A DNA stretch of 55,014 bases from Gammaproteobacteria bacterium (GTDB lineage: Bacteria > Pseudomonadota > Gammaproteobacteria > Natronospirales > REEB76). The stretch covers positions 1 to 55,014 of the forward strand of contig DATAHN010000043.1 in NCBI GenBank assembly GCA_036263155.1, written 5' to 3'. Position 1 is the stretch's first letter. Every line of letters starts with the position of its first letter. Below, one piece after another: positions 37,113-47,199 of this stretch. The notes below the pieces were generated by a model. The model was not told the origin of the DNA and searched no databases. It saw only the letters and a program-made list of their open reading frames with translations. A program made the position numbers and the translations under genes.

Positions 37113-37640
37113 TTAAGCGCGCTTGACGTGCTCGGTGTCGCCGAGGAAATCCGTCTTGCCCACCGCGACACCGTTGTGGCGCAGGATCGCGTAGGCCGTG
37201 GTCACATGGAAGAAGAAGTTCGGGTATACGGAGTCGAACACGTAGTTCGTGCCCAGGTACTTGCGCGGGTTGCCATTGGCGGGCTTGACCTCGATGGTCT
37301 TGCTCTCGCTGCCGTCGATCTGTGTGGGCTTGAAACCCTGGATGTAGGCGATGGTCTTGTCGAGGCGCGCCTGCAGCTCATCGAAAGTCTTCTCGGTGTC
37401 GTCGAACTTCGGCGCGTCGGTGCCGGAGAGGCGCGCCATGCAGAACTTCACCTGGTCGGTGGCGATGTGGACCTGGCGGTTCAGCGGGAACATGTCCGGG
37501 AACAGCCGCGCGCCGGTCAGCACCAGCGGGTCGATCTTGTGCGCGGCGGCGTGATCCTCGCCCTTCTTCAGGACGAGCTTCAGCTGGGTGAGTATGTGGA
37601 TGAAGCCCGGCGCCGTGGCCTGGTACATCGAGAACTGCAT
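37113..37640 (-). CDS. DUF1993 family protein
   Basis: ARLFPDMFPLNRQV, PNFFFHVTTAYAILRHNGVAVGKTDFLG. Confidence 0.88.
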   Translation of the reverse strand: MQFSMYQATAPGFIHILTQLKLVLKKGEDHAAAHKIDPLVLTGARLFPDMFPLNRQVHIATDQVKFCMARLSGTDAPKFDDTEKTFDELQARLDKTIAYIQGFKPTQIDGSESKTIEVKPANGNPRKYLGTNYVFDSVYPNFFFHVTTAYAILRHNGVAVGKTDFLGDTEHVKRA

Positions 37641-37722
37641 GGTCTCCACTCCTGTCTTCGGGTGATGCGATGGCTGCGGTCACGGCGGGCATGCGACAAT
37701 CGACTGAACCGGAGGACCGCGG

Positions 37723-38211
37723 ATGAAGATGTTACTCCAAGTGATGCTGGTGGCGGCGCTGCTGTGTGTAACCGGCATCGCATCGGCAGACGAGCAGGAT
37801 TTCGACGTACTCAAGGCCATGTCGGTGGCGGACTTTCGCGCCAGTGGCCTGGACAAGCTCTCCGACGCGCAGATCAAGGCACTGGATGCCTGGTTTGCCG
37901 GTTACCAGAAGCAGCATGGCTGCGATCCCGCGGCGGGGCGGGCGGCTGCGGCGCCGGCCGTGGCGGAACAGGTGCCTGCTGCGGACGACAGCATCAGCTC
38001 TTACATCAGCGGTGAGTTTCGCGGCTGGAGCGGCGGCACCAGCTTCCGTCTCGACAACGGCCAGGTCTGGGAGCAGACGGACGACGCCGTGCTGACCCTG
38101 GGTGCGCTCACGCATCCCAAGGTCACCATCAGCCGCGGCCTGTTCAATTCCTATTACATGTCCGTGGAAGGCGTGCGTGACACGGTGCAGGTCAAACGCA
38201 TCAAACCTTAG
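37723..38211 (+). CDS. Hypothetical secreted protein
   Basis: Signal peptide; [26 protein letters not shown]; Ala-rich linker; [22 protein letters not shown] beta domain. Confidence 0.78.
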   Translation: MKMLLQVMLVAALLCVTGIASADEQDFDVLKAMSVADFRASGLDKLSDAQIKALDAWFAGYQKQHGCDPAAGRAAAAPAVAEQVPAADDSISSYISGEFRGWSGGTSFRLDNGQVWEQTDDAVLTLGALTHPKVTISRGLFNSYYMSVEGVRDTVQVKRIKP

Positions 38212-38657
38212 GCGCCACGCTTCGCCAGCAAACGATCCAGGTGGTTGGCGAAGGCCTGCCGGTCGGCCTGGCTCAGGGGCGCGGGGCCGCCGGTCTGCAC
38301 GCCGCTGTCCCGCAAATTGGCCATAAAGTCCCTGAGGCTCAGGCGGGCCTTGATGTTTTCGGGCGTGTAGAGCTCGCCACGCGGATTGAGGGCGTGGGCA
38401 CCCTTCTCCACCACCTGCGCTGCCAGCGGTATGTCCGCCGTGACCACCAGGTCGCCTGACGCTACCTGCTTCACGATCTCGTTATCCGCCACGTCGAAGC
38501 CGGACGCCACCTGCATGGACTTGATGTGCTGCGAAGGCGGCGTGCGCAGCGACTGGTTGGCCACCAGCGTGAGCTGTACGCCGGCACGCTTGGCGGCGCG
38601 GAACAGGATCTCCTTGATGGCCTTGGGGCAGGCATCCGCGTCCACCCAGATCCTCAT
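38208..38657 (-). CDS. yaiI: YaiI/YqxD (UPF0178) family protein
   Basis: [31 protein letters not shown]. Confidence 0.93.
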   Translation of the reverse strand: MRIWVDADACPKAIKEILFRAAKRAGVQLTLVANQSLRTPPSQHIKSMQVASGFDVADNEIVKQVASGDLVVTADIPLAAQVVEKGAHALNPRGELYTPENIKARLSLRDFMANLRDSGVQTGGPAPLSQADRQAFANHLDRLLAKRGA

Positions 38658-39874
38658 GGCTTGCCTTCCAGCCTGCGCAGCGCGCCCTCGCCCGCGGCCT
38701 TGCCACTGGCGAAACAGGCCGTGAGCAGGTAACCGCCGGTGGGCGCCTCCCAGTCCAACATCTCACCGGCGCAGAAGACTCCCGGCAGCGCCCGCAACAT
38801 CGAGTGTTCGTCCATGGTCTCGAAGGCGACACCACCGGCTGTGCTGATGGCTTCGTCCAGCGGACGCATCGCCGTGAGCTTGATGGGCAGATCCTTGATG
38901 AGCGCAGCGAGCTCGCCAGGCGCCGGCAACTCCCCAGCGCCCGCCACCTCCCGCAGCAGCCCTGCTTTCACGCCTTCGAGCCCGGTCTGCTTGCGCAGAT
39001 GGTTGGCCATGGACTGGGAGCCACGGGGTTTGGCGAGAGCCTGCGCCAGATGCGGCACATCCCGGTTCGGCACGAGGTCGAGATGCAAGGTCACGCTGCC
39101 GTCGCGCTCGATGGCCTCACGCAGGGACGTGGACAAGGCGTAGATGAGTCCGCCCTCGACACCATGGCGGGTAACGATGAACTCGCCTTGTCTCGGCGTG
39201 CCATCTTCCAGCCACGCGGTCACGGGTTTCACCGGCTGCCCGGCGAAACGTTCGCGGAAATATCCGCTCCATGCGGCCTCGAAGCCGCAGTTGGCGGGCT
39301 TGAGGGAGCGTATATCGACGCCTTTCGCCTCCAGCAGTCCCGCCCAGGCCCCGTCGGACCCGAGGCGTGCCCAGCTGCCGCCGCCCAAGGCAAGCACGGT
39401 GACATCCGGCTTGGAAGTGATGCTTCCATCCGGAGTGTCGAACAGCAGCGCACCCTGTCCGTCCCAGCCGCGCCAGCGATGCCGCACGTGGATGCGCACA
39501 CCATTCTCTTTCAAGCGCCGGAGCCAGGCACGCAGGAGCGGCGCGGCTTTCATCTGCCTGGGGAACACGCGGCCCGAGCTGCCGACGAAGGTCTCGACGC
39601 CCAGCGACGCCGCCCAGGCGCGTAGCGCGTCAGGACCGAAATGCTCCAGCCACGGGCGCAACCGCTCGCGCCGCGCGCCGTAGCGTGCGAGGAAGGCCGC
39701 TTCAGGTTCGGAATGGGTCAGGTTGAGGCCGCCGACGCCCGCCTGCAGGAACTTGCGTCCCACGGAGGGCATGGCGTCATAGAGCATGACGGAGACGCCT
39801 GCCTGCGCCAGCGTCTCCGCGGCCATGAGGCCCGCGGGACCGCCGCCGATCACCGCGGCGGTGCGCGGGTTCAT
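38654..39874 (-). CDS. HI0933/BaiN-like flavoprotein (TIGR03862 type)
   Basis: [62 protein letters not shown]. Confidence 0.9.
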   Translation of the reverse strand: MNPRTAAVIGGGPAGLMAAETLAQAGVSVMLYDAMPSVGRKFLQAGVGGLNLTHSEPEAAFLARYGARRERLRPWLEHFGPDALRAWAASLGVETFVGSSGRVFPRQMKAAPLLRAWLRRLKENGVRIHVRHRWRGWDGQGALLFDTPDGSITSKPDVTVLALGGGSWARLGSDGAWAGLLEAKGVDIRSLKPANCGFEAAWSGYFRERFAGQPVKPVTAWLEDGTPRQGEFIVTRHGVEGGLIYALSTSLREAIERDGSVTLHLDLVPNRDVPHLAQALAKPRGSQSMANHLRKQTGLEGVKAGLLREVAGAGELPAPGELAALIKDLPIKLTAMRPLDEAISTAGGVAFETMDEHSMLRALPGVFCAGEMLDWEAPTGGYLLTACFASGKAAGEGALRRLEGKP

Positions 39875-39884
39875 GGGCGGCCCG

Positions 39885-40814
39885 TCAGCGGGCCGCGGGC
39901 TTGGCGTTGCCGGACTGGGACAGCAGCGTGCCCACCATGGCCGAGAGGTCGCCCATGTTCGCGGGTACTACGGTCACGGTGGAGGTCTTGGCGATCTCGC
40001 CCCATTGCTGCACCCACTGCTGGCCGAGCTGGTAGTGCAGCGCGTCGGCGCCGCCCTGGCCCGCGGTGGCCTTGCCGATGGTCTCGATGGCCTTGGCGGT
40101 GGCGTTGGCCACCGCAGCGATCGCCTGGGCCTGACCGTCGGCGCGCAGGATGGCAGACTGGCGTTCGCCCTCGGCGTTGTTGATCTGGCTCTGCTTCTGG
40201 CCTTCCGACTGGTTGATGGCCTGCTGGCGATCACCCTCGGACTTGGCGATGGCGGCGCGCTTCTGGCGTTCGGCGGTGAGTTGCAACTCCATGGCGCGCT
40301 GGATCTCATCCGGCGGCGTGAGGTTGCGGATCTCGTAGCGCAGCACCTTCACGCCCCAGCCCGCGGCGGCCTCGGTGAGCACGTCCACGACGCCGCGGTT
40401 GAGAGTCTCTCGCTGCGACAGGCACTCGTCCAGCGCCAGCTTGCCCACCTCGGCGCGCATGGTGGTCTGCACCAGCTGCACCACGGCCGTGATCACGTTA
40501 TTGGTGCCGTAGGCGGCGTTCTGGGCGTTGGTGATCTGGTAGTAGAGCACGCCGTCCACCGACAGGCGCGTGTTGTCCTTGGTGATGCAGATCTGCTCCG
40601 GCACGTCCATCGGGATCTCGCGCATGTCGAAGCGGTAGGCCACCCGGTCCAGGATCGGCACGATGAGCTGCATGCCCGAGCCCAGCACGGCGTGGAAGCG
40701 TCCCAGGCGCTCGACGACCCAGGCCTGCTGCTGCGGCACGATGCGCACCGCGCGGATGATGGTGAACGCGGCCCAGACGAGGATCAGCAGGCCGATGATG
40801 GATGACAACTGCAT
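39885..40814 (-). CDS. qmcA: SPFH/stomatin-like protein (QmcA/paraslipin type)
   Basis: IVPQQQAWVVERLGRF, QICITKDN, WGVKVLRYEI, AERQKRA coiled coil. Confidence 0.9.
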   Translation of the reverse strand: MQLSSIIGLLILVWAAFTIIRAVRIVPQQQAWVVERLGRFHAVLGSGMQLIVPILDRVAYRFDMREIPMDVPEQICITKDNTRLSVDGVLYYQITNAQNAAYGTNNVITAVVQLVQTTMRAEVGKLALDECLSQRETLNRGVVDVLTEAAAGWGVKVLRYEIRNLTPPDEIQRAMELQLTAERQKRAAIAKSEGDRQQAINQSEGQKQSQINNAEGERQSAILRADGQAQAIAAVANATAKAIETIGKATAGQGGADALHYQLGQQWVQQWGEIAKTSTVTVVPANMGDLSAMVGTLLSQSGNAKPAAR

Positions 40815-40844
40815 GGAGATGCTCCCTTTGGTATGTTCGTTCTG

Positions 40845-41273
40845 TCAGTGGACCGGCTTCACGCGCAGGCGCGAACCGTCGCGAGCCACCACCTTGGCGC
40901 GCTGTCCCACGCTGGGGTGGTCGCTGCCCTCCCAGGCCGCCTCCCACAGCGAGTCGCGGTACTTCACCTTGATGTCGTGGCCGTCCGCCTGGGCAACCGT
41001 GACCAGGTTGCCCTTGTCCATGTCCTCCAGCGGGTCGGTCTTGTCGCCGTGCAGGCGGTGGCGCAAGAGGTGCGCCAGCGGCAATGCCACGGCGGAACCC
41101 AGCGTGAACACCAGCGCCCCCTGCCAGCCGTTCATGGGATAGAGCCAGATGATGAGCGCGGTGAGCAGCGAGGCGAAGGCCAGCGCTGCCAGGTAGAACG
41201 TCACGCTGGCCATCTCCAGCACGAGGAGGATGATCCCCGCCGCCAGGAAGCCCAGAGCCATCTCATGTTCCAT
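40845..41273 (-). CDS. NfeD-like C-terminal partner protein (YbbJ type)
   Basis: Hydrophobic N-terminus then OB-fold with VKYRDSLWEA; directly upstream of the SPFH gene. Confidence 0.85.
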   Translation of the reverse strand: MEHEMALGFLAAGIILLVLEMASVTFYLAALAFASLLTALIIWLYPMNGWQGALVFTLGSAVALPLAHLLRHRLHGDKTDPLEDMDKGNLVTVAQADGHDIKVKYRDSLWEAAWEGSDHPSVGQRAKVVARDGSRLRVKPVH

Positions 41274-41359
41274 GGAACCCCTCCCAAGACTATATAGATA
41301 TAGATGATAGTGCTGCGCTGACCGGTTTCAATGCCCGGGAGGCCTGGCGGCGCGGGCCT

Positions 41360-41671
41360 TCAGCCCAGAGGCGTGAATCGGCCCAGCTCCCGTTCCTTCA
41401 CGGTGTACTGCTCGCAACGCACGTCCAGGTCCTCGTAGTCGTGCAGGAACTGCTTGCGAAAGGCGTCCCCCGCCGCCTGGGATTCCCAGTAATCCACTGT
41501 CACGAAGCGCTGCGGGTTGGCCTGGTCCTGGTGAAGCTCGCTGCGGATGTAGCCCGGTGCGCGGCGGAACAGCTGCACCCAATCCCCCTCTGGCCCGTAG
41601 AGGCGCTTGAACTCCTCGACCTTGCCGGGGGCCGCCAGGAACTCCCACACGCAGATGTAACCGGGCTTCAC
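41360..41671 (-). CDS. Antibiotic-biosynthesis-monooxygenase (ABM)-like dimeric alpha/beta barrel protein
   Basis: EFLAAPGKVEEF, APGYIRSEL, RFVTVDYWESQAA. Confidence 0.75.
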   Translation of the reverse strand: MKPGYICVWEFLAAPGKVEEFKRLYGPEGDWVQLFRRAPGYIRSELHQDQANPQRFVTVDYWESQAAGDAFRKQFLHDYEDLDVRCEQYTVKERELGRFTPLG

Positions 41672-41800
41672 GGCACGTGGCTCCCTTTACTGCCACCCCT
41701 TTCCAGGGCCATCAGTATAGCGCCAGCCGGACTGGCCAGGGCTCAGCCGCCGTGAGTATGCTTAGGGGCAAAAGACGCCTGCATTAGGGATGGGGTTTCC

Positions 41801-42118
41801 ATGCGACGAATCATCGGACTTGCGCTCCTGCTAGCGCCTTGCCTCGCGGCTGCCACGGCGCCTGAGCTCGGCATCACCTACAGCGTGCGCGTGGACAACC
41901 TCACTGCCGGCGACGTGCTGTTCAAGCTGGACGGCGGCAAGTCCTGCACGGCCCGCTCCCAGGCGAGCTGCAGCTGGGACATCGACTACGGTTCCCACAG
42001 CCTGGAAGCCTACGTGGGAGGCCTGCGCTACGTCCGCGACTTCGAGCTCTCGGACGAGAGCGACATCCAGGTGCACTGCAAGTTCGATGGCAGCAAGTTC
42101 AGCGGCGATAGCTGCTGA
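41801..42118 (+). CDS. Hypothetical small secreted beta-rich protein with four mature-chain Cys
   Basis: Signal peptide MRRIIGLALLLAPCLAAA; codon usage typical of real genes here; stop abuts the uup stop. Confidence 0.7.
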   Translation: MRRIIGLALLLAPCLAAATAPELGITYSVRVDNLTAGDVLFKLDGGKSCTARSQASCSWDIDYGSHSLEAYVGGLRYVRDFELSDESDIQVHCKFDGSKFSGDSC

Positions 42119-43915
42119 TCAGCCGGAACCCTTGCTCTCCAGTTCACTCCAGCGGGCATAGAGTTCCGCGATCTTCATCCCGGCGCCTTCCATCTGCTCA
42201 TGCAATTGCTTGAGTCTCGACGCGTCCGTCGCCACTTCCGGCTGGATCATCTCCTGCTGCAGGCGCCCCAGTTCCGCCTCGGCCCGCTCGATCTTCTTCC
42301 CGATGCCGTCCAACTCCTTACGCTCCTCGCGGCTCAGGCGCGGGGATGCAGGCTGTCTTGATGCCGGCGCCCCCTCGCGCGGTTCAGGTGCGGCTGCGCG
42401 CGTTTTCCGCGACTGCAACCACTGGGGATAATCAGCGAAATATTCCGCTTTCCCTTCACCATCCAGGTACAGCAAGCGGTCGCTCAGGCGATCCATGAGA
42501 TAACGGTCATGGGTGATGAGCACGAGCGCGCCGGGGAATTCCGTGAGACTGTCCTCCAGCACTTCCAGCGTAGCGATGTCCAGGTCATTGGTGGGCTCGT
42601 CCAGCAACAGCAGATCCGCCGGCTGCAGCATGAGCCGGGCGATCAGTACCCGCGCCTGCTCGCCGCCGGAGAGCTTGGACACCGGCAAGCCCAGCTTCTC
42701 GATGGGGAACAGGAAGCGCTTGGCCCAGGCGCTCACGTGCAGTGGCTTGCCCTGGAACATCACCGTGTCGCCGGTGGGCGAGAGCGCTTCCTTCAGGCGC
42801 AGGCTCTTGTCCAGTTGTTCGCGCTTCTGGTCGAAGCTCACGATCTTGAGTTCGTCGGCCCAGGTGATGCTGCCGGCGCTGGGCGTGAGCTTGCCCTGCA
42901 GCAGCTGGATCAAACTGCTCTTGCCGCTGCCATTGCGGCCCAATACGCCCAGGCAGCTGCCGGGGCCCAACACCAGGTCCAGGCCGCCGAAAAGCCGCTT
43001 GCCGCCTCGCTCCACCGCCGCACCCTTGACCTCTACCAGCTTGCGGGTCTTGCGCTCGCTGGACTCGAACTCGATGCCAGCGCGCGCACCTTCAGCGTTG
43101 CGGCCGCGGGTCGCTGTCAGCTCGTCCTTCAGCTCATAGGCGGCATCTATGCGCGCCGTGGCTTTGGTGGTACGGGCCTTAGGGCCGCGCCGCAACCACT
43201 CCAGCTCGCGCCGGAACTTGTTGGCCAGCACTTCCTCTTCCCGGTCCTGCCGGTCGAAAGCCTCCACGCGCCTCTGCAGGAACTCGCTGTAGTTGCCTTC
43301 TACCCGCAAGTAGCCATCCGGGTAGCGCCGGTTCAGTTCCACCACCCGGTTGGTGGCGTTCTCCAGGAAATACCGGTCATGGCTCACCAGCACGAAAGCG
43401 AAATTCGTCTGCTTGAGCAGGTTCTCGAGCCAGAGGATCCCTTCCAGGTCGAGATGGTTGGTGGGCTCGTCCATCAACAACAGGTTCGGCTCCTGGATCA
43501 GCGCGCAGGTCACCGCCAGCCGCTTGCGCCATCCCCCGGACAAAGCGTCCACTTTCTGGCCGAGGTCCGCGAAAGCCATCTCCCGCAGAGTGTCGCGGAT
43601 ACTGTTGAGACCTTCGTCCTTATGGAAAGGCGGCAAGGCCGCCAGCAAGGCGCTCTCGACGGTGGCGCCGGCCGGGAACCTGTCTTCCTGGGGCAGATAC
43701 ACGAGATGGGTCGAGCCCGCCAGCGCCAGCTGCCCGCTATCCGGAGTCTCGACACCCGCCAGTATCTTGAGCAGCGTGGACTTGCCTGAGCCGTTGGGTC
43801 CGATGAGACCCAGCTTCTCCCCTTCACGGAAACTGAGGGTGATGCCATCGAACAGGGTCTGGAGTCCATAGGACTTGCTGATGGATTGGACGCTGACGAG
43901 CAGATCGGATGCCAT
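42119..43915 (-). CDS. uup: ABC-F family ATPase, Uup-like
   Basis: Two ABC cassettes (GPNGSGKS/LSGGW/DEPTNHLD; GRNGSGKS/LSGGE/DEPTNDLD), WLRRGPKARTTK linker, coiled-coil C-terminus, no TM. Confidence 0.88.
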   Translation of the reverse strand: MASDLLVSVQSISKSYGLQTLFDGITLSFREGEKLGLIGPNGSGKSTLLKILAGVETPDSGQLALAGSTHLVYLPQEDRFPAGATVESALLAALPPFHKDEGLNSIRDTLREMAFADLGQKVDALSGGWRKRLAVTCALIQEPNLLLMDEPTNHLDLEGILWLENLLKQTNFAFVLVSHDRYFLENATNRVVELNRRYPDGYLRVEGNYSEFLQRRVEAFDRQDREEEVLANKFRRELEWLRRGPKARTTKATARIDAAYELKDELTATRGRNAEGARAGIEFESSERKTRKLVEVKGAAVERGGKRLFGGLDLVLGPGSCLGVLGRNGSGKSSLIQLLQGKLTPSAGSITWADELKIVSFDQKREQLDKSLRLKEALSPTGDTVMFQGKPLHVSAWAKRFLFPIEKLGLPVSKLSGGEQARVLIARLMLQPADLLLLDEPTNDLDIATLEVLEDSLTEFPGALVLITHDRYLMDRLSDRLLYLDGEGKAEYFADYPQWLQSRKTRAAAPEPREGAPASRQPASPRLSREERKELDGIGKKIERAEAELGRLQQEMIQPEVATDASRLKQLHEQMEGAGMKIAELYARWSELESKGSG

Positions 43916-44035
43916 GAGACTGGAGGACCGGATTTGAGGGGAATTTCGCGGCGCTATGGTCTCACATCCCCTGCGTCACCGGCAGGCTCTAGAGCTAGAA
44001 TCGCCTATCTACATCCCTGGGTACGAGCACATCTC

Positions 44036-44797
44036 ATGCGCGAGACCACTGCCGAACATGCCCTGAGCAAGGTCCCGGAAGTCACCCTGGTGTTCTGGGT
44101 CATCAAGGTCTTCGCCACCACCCTGGGGGAGACCGGTGGCGACGCCCTCTCCATGTCCATGGAGCTGGGTTACCTGCTCAGCACAGGCATCTTCGCCGTC
44201 ATCTTCATCGGTTTCGTCATCGCCCAGATCCGGGCCCGGGGTTTCCACCCCTTCCTCTACTGGGCCACCATCGTCGCCACCACGACCGTGGGCACCACGC
44301 TCGCGGACTTCGCCGACCGTTCCCTCGGCATCGGCTACACCGGCGGCAGCTCGCTGCTGCTGGCGCTGGTGCTGGGCTCGCTGTTCCTCTGGCATCGCAC
44401 CCTGGGTTCGGTGTCCATCAATAGTGTGAGCACACCCAGGGCCGAGATGTTCTACTGGGTCACCATCATGTTCTCCCAGACCCTGGGCACGGCGCTGGGG
44501 GACTGGACCGCGGATTCGGCGGGCTTAGGTTACCTCGGCGCGGCGGCGATCTTCGGCGGACTGCTGCTGCTGGTGGCGGCGGCGTATTTCCGGATGAAGC
44601 TCGATCACACGCTGCTGTTCTGGGCGGCATTCATCCTCACGCGGCCCCTCGGCGCGGTGGTGGGGGATTTCCTCGACAAGCCCCATGACCAGGGCGGCTT
44701 GGCCTTGAGCCGCTATGCCGCGTCGGCGGTGCTGGTGGTGCTGATCGTGGCCGGCATCCTCGTCTTCCCACAGCGCGCGGCCCGGGCTTCCCACTAG
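44036..44797 (+). CDS. COG4705 / DUF347 repeat membrane protein
   Basis: SKVPEVTLVFWVIKVFATTLGETGGD, YWATIVATTTVGT, FWAAFILTRPLGA. Confidence 0.85.
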   Translation: MRETTAEHALSKVPEVTLVFWVIKVFATTLGETGGDALSMSMELGYLLSTGIFAVIFIGFVIAQIRARGFHPFLYWATIVATTTVGTTLADFADRSLGIGYTGGSSLLLALVLGSLFLWHRTLGSVSINSVSTPRAEMFYWVTIMFSQTLGTALGDWTADSAGLGYLGAAAIFGGLLLLVAAAYFRMKLDHTLLFWAAFILTRPLGAVVGDFLDKPHDQGGLALSRYAASAVLVVLIVAGILVFPQRAARASH

Positions 44798-46398
44798 CCG
44801 CGCGGCAGCGTCCGGCACCAATGGCGCAGCACGTCCGGCTCCATCCATCCTTCGGCAGCAGCCAGGCCGAGCAGTGAGGCGGTGTAAGTGCGCGCCATGC
44901 TGAAGGCCAGGCGCCGCGCGCCCCGCTCCAGCGCTTCGCGGTCCTGCGCCGCGCCTTTGAGCCAGGTCCCCATGGCCTCGACGCCGGCGGTGATCTGGTC
45001 GCGGAACCCGGCGAGCTCCTTGCCCTGCATGGCCGCGGTGCGCGCAGCCACGTCCGCCGCGTAGGCCTTGAAGGACGCCGGATCCTCCAGCGCCCGCAGC
45101 ACGTCCAGAGACAGCACATTAGTGGTGCCCTCCCAGATGGAGAGCACCTGGCAGTCCCGCAGCAGCCGCGGCAGGCCCGTGTCCTCTATATATCCCGCGC
45201 CGCCGAAGCACTCCAGTACTTCGCTGGCAGTGGCGATGGATTGCTTGGCGGTATACAGCTTCGCGACCGGCGTGAGCAGACGCAGCAGCGCGGTCTCTGC
45301 CGGCGTGCCCTTGCCCGTCTCGCCGCGGCCGAGCAGCACGCCCAGGTGCAGCACCAGGTGCAGGGCGCCGGTGTACTCCGCGTCCAGTTCCGAGAGGGTC
45401 TCGTGATGCAGCGGCTGCTCCAGGATCGGCTTGCCGAAGGCATGGCGCTTGCCGGCGTAGTCCACCGCCAGCGCCAGGCCCCGGCGCATGTAGCTCACGG
45501 CGGAGACCGCGTTATAGAGGCGCGTGATGTTCAATACCGTCGCGATCTGTTTCACGCCTTTTCCGGGCTCGCCGATGCGCACCGCCGGCGTGCCCTGCAG
45601 GCTCAACTCGGCGGTAGGCAGTGCCCAGGTGCCCAGCTTGGGCTTGAGCCGGTGCACGAAGATCTCGTTCAGCTTGCCCTCCGCATCGCGAAGCTGCAGG
45701 AGATAAAGGCTCAGGCGCCCCTGTGCCTCCGGGTCCCGCGCCAGTGTCACGGCGACCTCGGAGGTGGTGGCGGAGGTGAACCATTTGGTGCCATGGAGCC
45801 GCCAAAGGCCGTCTTCGAACCGCGCCTCGGTGGAGGTGCCGCTCACGTCCGAGCCGCCGCTGCGCTCCGTCATCCACTGCCCCGAAGTCCAGAACGCCTG
45901 CGGATCGCGGCTCACGAGATGCGGCAGCACATCCTGCTTCAGTTGTGCTTCGCCGAACAGCTCCAGCGTGCGCGCCGCGCCGTCGGTCATGGCCAGCGGG
46001 CAGGAATAGATGGCGGAAGACGGCGTGTAGAGATGCAGGCGCACGAACTGGTGCAAGCGCGACCATTCCCCTTGCGCGCGTTCGTAGGCGGTGGCGACGA
46101 TGCCTTCTTCGGCGGCGATACGATGCAGCATCTTCCATGCATCCGACACTTCGATGCGGCCCACACGTCGGCCCCAGGCGTCGTAGGGCACGTGACGCGG
46201 CGGCTGCGCTTCCGCCGCCGCCGTTAGCGCCAGCATCTCGCCTGACGCTCGCGCACCCAGACTCGCCAAGCCCGGTTCGATGCCGGACAGCACCGTCTCC
46301 GGCACGCGCCGGCCAAGCCACGCACGCAGCGCCTCGTCATCCTGATATTGGTTACCCAACTCAGGTCCTTCCTGGAAGAACTCTGCGTTTCCGCTCAT
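44794..46398 (-). CDS. Acyl-CoA dehydrogenase, AidB-like
   Basis: CPLAMTDGA, WMTERSGGSDV, KWFTSA, KLGT, RLLRDCQVLSIWEGTTNV. Confidence 0.88.
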   Translation of the reverse strand: MSGNAEFFQEGPELGNQYQDDEALRAWLGRRVPETVLSGIEPGLASLGARASGEMLALTAAAEAQPPRHVPYDAWGRRVGRIEVSDAWKMLHRIAAEEGIVATAYERAQGEWSRLHQFVRLHLYTPSSAIYSCPLAMTDGAARTLELFGEAQLKQDVLPHLVSRDPQAFWTSGQWMTERSGGSDVSGTSTEARFEDGLWRLHGTKWFTSATTSEVAVTLARDPEAQGRLSLYLLQLRDAEGKLNEIFVHRLKPKLGTWALPTAELSLQGTPAVRIGEPGKGVKQIATVLNITRLYNAVSAVSYMRRGLALAVDYAGKRHAFGKPILEQPLHHETLSELDAEYTGALHLVLHLGVLLGRGETGKGTPAETALLRLLTPVAKLYTAKQSIATASEVLECFGGAGYIEDTGLPRLLRDCQVLSIWEGTTNVLSLDVLRALEDPASFKAYAADVAARTAAMQGKELAGFRDQITAGVEAMGTWLKGAAQDREALERGARRLAFSMARTYTASLLGLAAAEGWMEPDVLRHWCRTLPRG

Positions 46399-46568
46399 GG
46401 CGCCTCACGACATGTTCGACATGACATTAAGGAACGACGCGGCGCAACTGTCAATTCGGTTCGACCTTTTCAGCGCGAGGGGGTTTTAATAGCCACTTCG
46501 CATGCAGCACGGCCACCTACGAGCAGCCGCGATGCATCGCGTACCCCGAACCGACCGAAGGAGTGACC

Positions 46569-47021
46569 ATGAAACACAAGATCGTTTTGATATCCGCCCT
46601 GCCCGCCCTGCTGCTGGCCAGCGCCGGCTTCGCTGCCGGCGCGCCCGATGCCGGCATGAACCCCGGCAGTTCTGGCATGGATGTCTCCAAGGAGATATCC
46701 ACCGCCCTCACCCACGCCCAGATGTCCGCCAGCAGCGGCGACATCAAGATGGTGCATGAGCACATGCAACACGTGGTGAATTGCCTGGTGGGTCCGCAGG
46801 GCCCTGAATACGACGCCAACGCCGAGGACCCCTGCAAGGGCATGGGCAAGGGCGCCATGAACGACGTGGACAGCAAGAGCGCCCAGCACAAGAAGCTGGA
46901 CAAAGCGCTCACCGAAGCCAAGGACTCGCTCAAGAAGGACAGCGTGAAGGGTGCCCAGGGCGAAGCCAAGGACGTCGTGAAGTATCTGCAGGATGCCCAG
47001 GAAGCCAAACCCAATTCGTAA
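46569..47021 (+). CDS. Hypothetical secreted helical protein, His/Met-rich with two Cys
   Basis: RBS gaagga; signal peptide; VHEHMQHVVNCLVGPQG...DPCKGMG. Confidence 0.82.
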   Translation: MKHKIVLISALPALLLASAGFAAGAPDAGMNPGSSGMDVSKEISTALTHAQMSASSGDIKMVHEHMQHVVNCLVGPQGPEYDANAEDPCKGMGKGAMNDVDSKSAQHKKLDKALTEAKDSLKKDSVKGAQGEAKDVVKYLQDAQEAKPNS

Positions 47022-47041
47022 GCTTCTTGCATGCAGAGACG

Positions 47042-47069
47042 AAAAGCCCGGCTCGCGCCGGGCTTTTTT
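47042..47069 (+). terminator. Intrinsic terminator (potentially bidirectional)
   Basis: aaaagcccggc-tcgc-gccgggctttt-tt. Confidence 0.85.
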
Positions 47070-47199
47070 GTCTGAACCATGACCCGACGTCGAGATACTG
47101 AACACCCCCGTATCCATTGGCTAGCCCCTCCCCATCCAGCTGATAACCGAGACGGGGGAGGTTCATGAATCTTTTGTGACAGCCAGCTGGAATTTTCAA

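Noticed and set aside
46930-47199. 89-aa minus-strand ORF downstream of the tRNA element (LGYQLDGEGLANGYGGVQYLDVGSWF)
   Set aside because: Runs through a terminator and antisense into a real gene; no integrase or other motif. A gene remnant cannot be excluded but is unsupported.
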